From positions 1 through 64,000 of the IMG/VR virus record IMGVR_UViG_3300050138_000176: 64,000 nucleotides of DNA, one strand, 5' to 3'. Below, piece by piece: positions 39,017 to 46,538 of the stretch. The DNA is from a virus. The notes under the pieces are model-generated. The model ran no database searches, was not told the origin of the DNA, and worked only from the letters and a program-made list of their open reading frames with translations. Each line of letters starts with the position of its first letter. Within the stretch, counting starts at the first letter, position 1. The translations under genes were made by a program, and so were the position numbers.

Positions 39017-39691
39017 ATGAAGCAGGAAACGAAACGTACCAAGCACGTATTCTCACCCGACGAAAAAGCCGACCTCAACGTCAAGTTCCGTCAGGCGTGG
39101 AAGCAAGTCACAGTGATAGAAGCGGAGTTCGACTCCGTGAAGTCCTCGTACAAGGCCCGGACCGCTGAAGCCGAGGCCGTGGCCGCAAACCTAGACGCGC
39201 TGCTGGACGCCGGGTTCCAGTTGCAGGAGACCGAGTGCGTGGTCGTCTATCGCCCGGACAAGCGCGAGAAGGACTACTACGCGGCCGCCAGCCTGGTTGA
39301 TGGCGCGGTGCCGAAGGACGCAGTTCCGTTGCTCACCGAGAAGATGGATGATGCGGACATGCAGGCCGAGTTGTTCGAGGCCGAGGCGGCGTTTGAACTC
39401 AAAGACACCATCGCGCTGTTCCAGCCGACGGACAAGGATGCCGGGGTGCTGGTGGTGGGAAGATTCAAGGATCGCTGGTACGGCGCCCTGCGGGCCAAGG
39501 TTGGAACGAAGGAGATTAAGGAACGGCTTGACGGGGAAGCCAAAGGCTTCAAGAAGCGGGCCGACTGCGTGTCGGCGAGCGGCAAGCGGTTCCTGGAGTT
39601 CGTGAAGGCCAACATCGGGAAGGACGCATCGAACGGCTTTGCCGCATTCATCGACTCCATGAATCAGGCCCACAAGGAACGCGAGGAGTGA
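39017..39691 (+). CDS. Hypothetical protein
   Basis: A-rich leader with AAGGA; strong codon bias. Confidence 0.7.
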   Translation: MKQETKRTKHVFSPDEKADLNVKFRQAWKQVTVIEAEFDSVKSSYKARTAEAEAVAANLDALLDAGFQLQETECVVVYRPDKREKDYYAAASLVDGAVPKDAVPLLTEKMDDADMQAELFEAEAAFELKDTIALFQPTDKDAGVLVVGRFKDRWYGALRAKVGTKEIKERLDGEAKGFKKRADCVSASGKRFLEFVKANIGKDASNGFAAFIDSMNQAHKEREE

Positions 39692-40134
39692 TGAAACCTA
39701 TCACGCAGGCAATTATTGGAGTAGGCGCGATGACCTTCAGCATGGTATTATTGATTGTTACCATCTTCAACCAACGCGACCAACTGGCCGTCGCACACGA
39801 CCAGCTAACCCAAGTCTGGACCAACACGGTCAGCTACCGCACCGGCTACGCGGACGGCTGGGTCGCGCTCTACATCGACACGAGCACCATCGAGCAGTTC
39901 CAGCGCATGGAGGACGCGAAGTTCGACGGCAAGCACCTGGTTTCTGGTAAGGAACTGGACGACCTATGGGCCGCGCTGCGGCAGCAGGCCGCCGGGTCGC
40001 AGGCCAGGTGGGATGCGCTGTTGCCGGACGCCAAGACCAACTACCAACCGGTCGTGCTCGGCCCGTACTGGCGGCGGGAGGCCAGGCCGCCGACCGGGCC
40101 GCCGGCGGCGGTCACGGTGACGACGAACAAGTAA
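39688..40134 (+). CDS. N-terminally membrane-anchored hypothetical protein
   Basis: One TM helix near the N-terminus. Confidence 0.55.
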   Translation: MMKPITQAIIGVGAMTFSMVLLIVTIFNQRDQLAVAHDQLTQVWTNTVSYRTGYADGWVALYIDTSTIEQFQRMEDAKFDGKHLVSGKELDDLWAALRQQAAGSQARWDALLPDAKTNYQPVVLGPYWRREARPPTGPPAAVTVTTNK

Positions 40135-40139
40135 TCATT

Positions 40140-40463
40140 ATGCACTATAAAAATGGACGGATAGTATCTGTAGGCGACTGGGTGGTTGGAATCAGCCACA
40201 ACAGCGATAATAAAGTAGTGTGCGGCGTGGTGCTGGACATCAAAGGCAACTGCAACATCAAAATCCATCGGTGGCGCACCGAGCATTACACAGAGGAAGG
40301 CAATCCGCGAACCGACCCGGTGGAAACCACGCGAGGCGTAAATGACTTTGGCGACTGCGCCAAGTTCATCCGAGTCGATGATGGTTTGAAGATGGTATCG
40401 GCTGTGGAGGGCCACGGCAAATGGGACGGGCCATACAATAGAATGGAATTATTCCAACACTAA
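40140..40463 (+). CDS. Hypothetical protein
   Basis: MHYKNGR...VGD.V start; fills the gap between neighbours. Confidence 0.6.
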   Translation: MHYKNGRIVSVGDWVVGISHNSDNKVVCGVVLDIKGNCNIKIHRWRTEHYTEEGNPRTDPVETTRGVNDFGDCAKFIRVDDGLKMVSAVEGHGKWDGPYNRMELFQH

Positions 40464-40464
40464 A

Positions 40465-41097
40465 GTGAACCACGACCTCTACTCAATCCTCGGCCTGCCA
40501 CGCGACGCCACAGATGCCGACATCAAGAAGCAGTATCGGCGGCTTGCTGTCCTATACCACCCGGACGCCGTTCCTCACGCCACAGATTATGAGAAGGAGG
40601 AATCCGCCGCCAAGTTCCGGGAGGTGCAGGAATCCTACGACACGCTCGGCGACCCGGAAGCCAGGGCGCGCTATGACAAGGACGGCACGACCGGCGACGG
40701 CAGCCGGCTCCAGAAGGAAGCCTTGTCGAACGTGTGCGGCCTGGTGCTGGCGGTCGCGGAGACCGGCGGCGAGGGCTGCGACATCGTGGCGGCGGTCCGG
40801 CAGCAGGTCGCCAACGCGAAGACCATGGCGTTGAACGCGGCGGACACCGCAAGGAAAAAGGCCGCGCTGTTCCGGCGGCAGGCGGCCAGGATCACGCGCA
40901 AGGCTGGCGGCGAGAACGTGCTGTCCACGGCCATTGAAAATCAGGCGGACAAGATGGACGCGGCGGCCAGGGACTTCGAGGCCAGCGTGGCGATGCAGGA
41001 CGCCATGATGGGGCTGCTGGCGGACTACGAGTGCGCGGCTTCAACGCAAAATAAATATGTTGCGATTGGCGGACTCACTTACACATGGACGCGATGA
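40465..41097 (+). CDS. J-domain (DnaJ-like) protein
   Basis: DLYSILGL...IKKQYRRLA..YHPD...FREVQESYDTLGD...RARYD. Confidence 0.9.
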   Translation: MNHDLYSILGLPRDATDADIKKQYRRLAVLYHPDAVPHATDYEKEESAAKFREVQESYDTLGDPEARARYDKDGTTGDGSRLQKEALSNVCGLVLAVAETGGEGCDIVAAVRQQVANAKTMALNAADTARKKAALFRRQAARITRKAGGENVLSTAIENQADKMDAAARDFEASVAMQDAMMGLLADYECAASTQNKYVAIGGLTYTWTR

Positions 41098-41297
41098 CAC
41101 CATGGCAGAAAATAAATCAGGTCTTTGAAGATGCCGAAAAGCTAAGGAAGCTGGAAGCGATATATATGGAGAGGGGTGATGTCACCTATGAACAGGCGCG
41201 GCAATGGGCGCTTGAAAAGTGGAAAAATAAATCGGTTGACTCGGCGGCGGGTTCGGTGCAGGATAACAACATGACAACGACTATGACTAATAAATAA
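41094..41297 (+). CDS. Small hypothetical protein
   Basis: ATGA overlap; its 3' end runs through the next promoter. Confidence 0.4.
   Translation: MTPWQKINQVFEDAEKLRKLEAIYMERGDVTYEQARQWALEKWKNKSVDSAAGSVQDNNMTTTMTNK
41236..41264 (+). promoter_or_regulatory. Putative promoter for the RAMP gene and array
   Basis: AATAAATCGG-TTGACT-17-CAGGAT, homologous to the promoter at 35466. Confidence 0.5.
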
Positions 41298-41299
41298 CA

Positions 41300-41881
41300 A
41301 TGAAAATCCAAATTACATTCAGCGAAGAAGTGTTAGGGACGGCGTCTCAGAACCCGGAAATACACAGGGAGTTTATCGCAAGCAAATCTCCAGACGCAGC
41401 AACGGTGGAAGATGAAGTGGCGGCAATTGGAGCGGATGCTGTCGCCGATAAAATGATGACCGTATTCCCGCGTGACGGTGGAAAGCCGTTTGTTTACGAC
41501 TACCAAATCAAAGGCTTCTTCAAGGATGCCTGCGCATCTCTGGCGCGGGTACCCGGCACTCAAAGCAATAAACTAAAAGCGTATAAAAAGGTGATCGATG
41601 GAACCATCTTTATCTTTCCACGAAAAATCCATTTCGGCGGTGAGGTTAAGCTTGGAAATTGCCAAAGACCTCTGCGGGCCGAAACAGCTCAGGGGCCGCG
41701 TGTCGCGCTGGCAAACAGCGAGACATTGCCATCTGGTGCGACATTGGAATGCGAGATACGGTGCCTAGATGAAGGCATGGAGAAAGTGGTTAAGGAATGG
41801 TTGAACTACGGAGCGTTGCGAGGTCTGGGACAGTGGCGGAATTCAGGCAAAGGCAGGTTCTCATGGAAGTTAATGGAATAA
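41300..41881 (+). CDS. Stand-alone RAMP/Cas7-like RNA-binding protein
   Basis: N-terminal strand KIQITFSEEVLG, central PFVYDYQIKGFFKDAC helix, E.LPSGATLECEI, and C-terminal Gly-rich loop GALRGLGQWRNSGKGRF. Confidence 0.7.
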   Translation: MKIQITFSEEVLGTASQNPEIHREFIASKSPDAATVEDEVAAIGADAVADKMMTVFPRDGGKPFVYDYQIKGFFKDACASLARVPGTQSNKLKAYKKVIDGTIFIFPRKIHFGGEVKLGNCQRPLRAETAQGPRVALANSETLPSGATLECEIRCLDEGMEKVVKEWLNYGALRGLGQWRNSGKGRFSWKLME

Positions 41882-42164
41882 GCAACGGCGTGGCAACACC
41901 GAGCACAGCAATGATTAGTACAGCAAAGGCTACGCAAGGCCGCTCACCGTATAGCAATGGCACTGCACGGCGGATCAAGGCGCAGTAAAGCATAGGCATG
42001 GCAACGCCGGGAACAGCGACGGCAGGGCAGGGTGTTGCAGAGCGCGGCCACGGCAAGGCGAGGCAAGGTGCAATAACGCATAGCAAAGGCATTGCGAGGC
42101 GCTGCCGCGAGTAGCAAAGGCTTGGCTCAGTGAGTCAACGCCAAGCATAGCAAAGGCAAAGCAT
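41881..42164 (+). ncRNA. Pentamer (NGY-NN) repeat array, putative guide-RNA locus
   Basis: AGCAAAGGC-like punctuation at 41881, 41922, 41953, 41989, 42015, 42046, 42082, 42113 and 42149 (spacings 41, 31, 36, 26, 31, 36, 31, 36; all 5n+1). 36 of 44 intervening pentamers start with NGY. The array is directly visible; the RNA function is inferred. Confidence 0.65.
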
Positions 42165-42172
42165 AATAAGAT

Positions 42173-43903
42173 ATGACATCCGAAACCAAACTCGATCAGT
42201 GGCAGGAAGCAGCGGCGGCCAGCACCAGCGACATAATCTACGTGTGCGCCTGTCCTGGAAGTGGGAAAACTGCAACCACCGTAGAGCGTGTGCGAAGGAT
42301 GCTGGCGCGTGGTGTCGCACCGGAAACCATCTGCTGCGTTACGTTCACTTGTGCGGGTGCTCTCGAAATGCAGAAGCGGCTCGGTGTCCGGCTCGGTCAC
42401 TGCGGCACGCTTCACTCCCTCGCGCTCAAAATGCTGACCAAGCACCACAAACTTGCCGGGCTGCCGGCCCGCGTCACCGTTACCGACGAGCAGGAGGCGG
42501 CGGCGTCGCTGGCCGAGATCGTGACCATGCTGCGCTTTGATGGAAAGATTAGCGACAAGAAGCTGGCTGAGGCGGTCAAGTCGCAGCGGCACGCGATGGC
42601 GTTCGCCGGTGCCATCGAATCCTCGTCGCTGACCAAGGAAGGCGTGGTCGCCAAGGAATTCTTCCGACGGCAGCAGGAGGCTGGAGAATTGGACTACGAC
42701 TCGGTGCTGGTCTATTTCCTGCGGCTGCTCAAGACTGGAGTGGAGCCGTGGCCGTTCAAGCACCTGCTCGTGGATGAGGCTCAGGACAACGCGGCGATTG
42801 ACTGGGATATCTATGACCTGATGCCGGTCAAGACACGGTGGGCGGTGGGTGACATCGACCAATCCATCTATTCCTTCCGTGGAGCCAAGCCAGTAAGATT
42901 CCTGTCAAGAATAGGCGAGGCACAAAACAGCATCGCGTTCGGTCAAGCATTCCAACTGCCTACAAACTACAGATCGGGACGCGCCATCGTGACCGCCTCG
43001 CAACGCCTCATTGCGCACAACACGGCCCGCGTTGCAATGACCGCGCAGCCGCGACCGGACGCCGGTGACGGCATGGTGCAGAGCAAGGAGTTCAATGCGC
43101 CGGTCGATGAACTATCGTGGGTCGCCAACGAGTTGTCCAAGCTGGCACCCGGCGACACGGCGGCGGTTCTGTGGCGCACGAATCGTCTCGCTGACCAGTG
43201 CCGACAGCACTTCCAGAGCCTCGGCGTCAAGCTGGCGCAGCCGCTGGCGAGGGAGCCGAAGGAGGCCAGGGCGGCGCGGGCCGTTCTTAATTTCCTAGCC
43301 TCGCCTTGGAGTGATACGGCGGCGTTGCGGGCCGCGAAGGCGGTCGGACTGGACGCTTCAACGGTGCATTCGCAGTGCGACTTCCAAGGCCAGTCACCGT
43401 GCGTTCTGCTCAACGGCGGCATGGGTGCTTTTGACCGTGACGACGGAAACCCGGTCGCGTTTACAGTGGACGAATTCAAGGAGGCGCTCCGTGCCGTCCA
43501 AGTCCTGTCTGCTACCGGCACCGACGGCATCCGCGACGCGCTGCACAAGCTCGCGGCCTCGCTGCCGGAGCCGTTCACGCTCACCGACCTGATCTCGGCA
43601 GCGAACAGCCGCGACGAGCCGGTCGCGGAGCAGGAAGGGATAATAATTTCTACCGCGCATTCTGCAAAAGGACGGGAATGGGATATTGTGATAATTTGTG
43701 GCATGGAACAGGAAACATGGCCTGGCCGCAACGCCGCAGAAGATTTGGAAAGCGAACGGCGCTTGGCGTACGTGGCCACGACAAGGGCACGGAGCAGATT
43801 GGTTGTTACATGGTGCAAGCAGCGTCCCGCACCTGGACGCGCTTGGTTGATGCAGGATATGACACCGTCGCAATTTATTTCAGAACTTGGCTTGACCAAG
43901 TAA
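42173..43903 (+). CDS. UvrD/Rep-like SF1 helicase
   Basis: ACPGSGKT, VTFT, TLHS, LVDEAQD, VGDIDQSIYSFRGA, LPTNYRS, STAHSAKGREW, ERRLAYVATTRA. Confidence 0.95.
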   Translation: MTSETKLDQWQEAAAASTSDIIYVCACPGSGKTATTVERVRRMLARGVAPETICCVTFTCAGALEMQKRLGVRLGHCGTLHSLALKMLTKHHKLAGLPARVTVTDEQEAAASLAEIVTMLRFDGKISDKKLAEAVKSQRHAMAFAGAIESSSLTKEGVVAKEFFRRQQEAGELDYDSVLVYFLRLLKTGVEPWPFKHLLVDEAQDNAAIDWDIYDLMPVKTRWAVGDIDQSIYSFRGAKPVRFLSRIGEAQNSIAFGQAFQLPTNYRSGRAIVTASQRLIAHNTARVAMTAQPRPDAGDGMVQSKEFNAPVDELSWVANELSKLAPGDTAAVLWRTNRLADQCRQHFQSLGVKLAQPLAREPKEARAARAVLNFLASPWSDTAALRAAKAVGLDASTVHSQCDFQGQSPCVLLNGGMGAFDRDDGNPVAFTVDEFKEALRAVQVLSATGTDGIRDALHKLAASLPEPFTLTDLISAANSRDEPVAEQEGIIISTAHSAKGREWDIVIICGMEQETWPGRNAAEDLESERRLAYVATTRARSRLVVTWCKQRPAPGRAWLMQDMTPSQFISELGLTK

Positions 43904-44040
43904 CGCTTATGGGTTTTACTTATTGCCAGCGGATTAAGTCCCGTTTATGCAAACAAAACATCTTTGCTCCCGACGCCTTTTGGCGGCGACTCCCCGTCAG
44001 CCGCGGCTTAACTCTTGGCGGCGGGAGCTTTAGGATTAGC

Positions 44041-44550
44041 ATGGAAAACATTAACATAACCATTCAAAGACCACTCAATGCCAGAACCAAAAGCCATCCA
44101 TTGTTCCAGACATATAAGAGTTGGAGGTCTATGCGAGACCGGTGTAACAATCCACGCATACCAGACTGGAAGCGTTATGGCGCAAGGGGGATTAAGGTTT
44201 GTGAGCATTGGTCTGTATTTCAAAACTTCCTAAACGACATGGGGATCAGGCCGGATGACACTTCCATCGACCGTATAAATAATGACGGAAACTACGAACC
44301 AGGAAACTGCCGGTGGGCATCAAGACAGGAGCAGGGAAATAATCGGCGAACCAACCGAATTGTGGAATACGGTGGGAAAAGGCTAACCATTTCTCAGTGG
44401 GCTGAATTAATTAAGATAGACTATGAGGCCCTGAGATATAGGCTAGACGCCGGCTGGTCAATTAAGGAAGCTTTGGAAACCCCATCCAGAAACGAGAGAA
44501 CGACCGATATTCACACGGTCATGGAACGCGAGCCGCAACTAGACTTATGA
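44041..44550 (+). CDS. HNH homing endonuclease
   Basis: SWRSMRDRC, YGARGIKVC.HW..FQNFLNDMG, SIDRINNDGNYEPGNCRW. Confidence 0.9.
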   Translation: MENINITIQRPLNARTKSHPLFQTYKSWRSMRDRCNNPRIPDWKRYGARGIKVCEHWSVFQNFLNDMGIRPDDTSIDRINNDGNYEPGNCRWASRQEQGNNRRTNRIVEYGGKRLTISQWAELIKIDYEALRYRLDAGWSIKEALETPSRNERTTDIHTVMEREPQLDL

Positions 44551-44710
44551 CCACTTTCCCCGCCGCGTCAGACCAATCCGAAGGCAGCGCAGTCATAATA
44601 TGCCAGCCGGCTACAACCGGTCTCGCATTGAGTATCTGTGCGAATGTTCTTATTATTACGGGTCGGCCACGGGCCGCGAGCCGGCACCAGCGCGGCGGGG
44701 ATTCTAATTT

Positions 44711-45139
44711 ATGAAAATCATAACCAAACACAGCGGCGCGGACTGGCTGCGGCTGCAAGGCATCAAGAACATCTCGCCGCTTGGCGAACAAGTAGCGGAT
44801 CTGGTCGGCCACCTATTCAAAGGCATCTACCATATCAGCGACGAGGCGATGAAAGCGAACTGGGACAACCCGCAACACGTCAAGATATCAATAGCCTGCG
44901 AACTGGCGACCTGGGACTACAACAACCTGACCGAACTCGTGGTTCTGGCGCACGACGCCTGCCTCCGCGTCTCGGTGCGCCCGTACGGGCCGCGCAACCT
45001 GCTGCTCCTGTTTCACCAGCGGCAGCGGGAAGGCGGGTTCAGCGAGCGTCACCCGACGCTGGAGTCCCACGCGGCCATGCTGCGGGAGCACTACACGGTT
45101 GAACCTGCCGAAGTCACCACTTTACCATTAAAGGAGTAA
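44711..45139 (+). CDS. Conserved-looking phage hypothetical protein
   Basis: LATWD...LTELVVLAHD.CLRV...RHPTLE. Confidence 0.65.
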   Translation: MKIITKHSGADWLRLQGIKNISPLGEQVADLVGHLFKGIYHISDEAMKANWDNPQHVKISIACELATWDYNNLTELVVLAHDACLRVSVRPYGPRNLLLLFHQRQREGGFSERHPTLESHAAMLREHYTVEPAEVTTLPLKE

Positions 45140-45142
45140 AAC

Positions 45143-46015
45143 ATGCCCAAGTCACCCAAGCCAAAGACCCGTCGCCGCGCCACAGTAGCCGCCGTTGCGC
45201 CGCCACAGCCCGTTCCTGCGCGTAACCGCCGCAAGCCGCGTGTTGACGCCGCCCTGAACCGGGACGCGGTAGCCGAGGCTTGGCTGCTGGCCACACAGGA
45301 GGCCCACCCGATGCCAGTTTTCACGGCGTCACACCGCCAGCTAATTCGTGACGGCACCAAGACCCAGACTCGGCGTGTGGCAAGGCCGCAGCCGCCGCGC
45401 CACAACCCGGAGCCGCCGCTGTTGCCGGAGCTGGCTACCTTGTGGCCGCCGCAACGGAGCGGACTGGCCTGTCCGTACGGGCGCAAGACCGGGCTGCATT
45501 ACCTGCGGGAGCCATTGAAGAAGGTGGTCATCACGGACAAGTTCGGCAAGCGGCGGTCGGTTGCGGCCTACAGCGACGACGGCGAACTGGTGCTGGCTGG
45601 CGGGATCGCCACGGTCAAGTGGACATGGAAGAACAAGTCGTTGCCAGCTATGTTCATGCCACGCTATGCCGCGAGAGTTTTTTGCACAGTAACCGGTCGC
45701 CGTGGCGAGTGGCTGCATGAAATAACCGATAAAGATGCAAAGGCAGAAGGCGTGCCACAAGGAGGCTACATAACGCACACATACGCGAACTACGAAGATA
45801 TTCAGGAACAGCAGCCGGACGGCAGCATCCTGGTGACGCGTCGGGTTCTGCCGCCCAAACCGTTCAGTTACCGTGACAGCTACGCTACAATCTGGAACTC
45901 CATCAACGCGAAGCCACGCGGCAAGCGGCCAGGGTGGCCGTGGCAGGCGAATCCGTTTGTTTGGGTAATATCATGGACACTGGCGCGGCCACCGGCTACC
46001 GTAACCAAGCCATGA
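45143..46015 (+). CDS. ASCH-like phage protein
   Basis: IRDGTKTQTRR, CPYG, MFMPRYAAR, LHEITDKDAKAEG, W.ANPFVWVI. Confidence 0.7.
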   Translation: MPKSPKPKTRRRATVAAVAPPQPVPARNRRKPRVDAALNRDAVAEAWLLATQEAHPMPVFTASHRQLIRDGTKTQTRRVARPQPPRHNPEPPLLPELATLWPPQRSGLACPYGRKTGLHYLREPLKKVVITDKFGKRRSVAAYSDDGELVLAGGIATVKWTWKNKSLPAMFMPRYAARVFCTVTGRRGEWLHEITDKDAKAEGVPQGGYITHTYANYEDIQEQQPDGSILVTRRVLPPKPFSYRDSYATIWNSINAKPRGKRPGWPWQANPFVWVISWTLARPPATVTKP

Positions 46016-46073
46016 GGAGAAAAATAAGAAATGGTTTGACGCGGTGTGTCTTATTCGCTAATGTAAGTCGTAA

Positions 46074-46538
46074 ATGAACAACGAACACCCAAACGGAAAC
46101 AAACTTTTAGGAATGACCTTTGATAGATTGAAGGTTATTAAACGGATAGGAACAACCAAAGATCACCATGTGCTTTGGGAATGCCTTTGCAGATGCGGAA
46201 CAATTACCACGGCAGGAACAAACTCACTAAAGTCCAAACGAAAAAGATCATGCGGCTGTCTAAGATCGGAAGCGGCCAAGCGCCGAATAAAGAAAGATGG
46301 AGTCTGGAACGATGGCAAGAGTTACGCCATTCAAAACGGGGCCAGGTGCTACAAGACCAAACATGCGTGGTCAAAAGCGGTTATCCGACACTATGGCAAT
46401 AAATGTCAACTATGTGGATGGAATAAGGCTCGTTGTGATACGCATCATAAACACCCAAAAGCAAAAGGTGGACTCCACACGATAGCGAACGGTATGGTTT
46501 TGTGTCCTAATTGCCATAGAGTGGAGGAAGCAAAATGA
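46074..46538 (+). CDS. HNH endonuclease
   Basis: WECLCRCG, SCGC, CQLCG...HHKHPKAKGG....NGMVLCPNCHR; candidate promoter TTGACG...TAATGT at ~46036. Confidence 0.9.
   Translation: MNNEHPNGNKLLGMTFDRLKVIKRIGTTKDHHVLWECLCRCGTITTAGTNSLKSKRKRSCGCLRSEAAKRRIKKDGVWNDGKSYAIQNGARCYKTKHAWSKAVIRHYGNKCQLCGWNKARCDTHHKHPKAKGGLHTIANGMVLCPNCHRVEEAK

Noticed and set aside
41790-42092. ORFs across the array (minus strand 100 aa; plus strand 41797..41988)
   Set aside because: These are low-complexity by-products of the pentamer pattern that overlap the RAMP gene; a 5-nt period does not fit codon structure.
41881-42164. Classical CRISPR array next to a Cas7-like gene
   Set aside because: There are no 23-47 bp conserved repeats with free spacers. 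The constant part is 9 nt and the intervening sequence is itself 5-nt periodic; no other cas genes are present.
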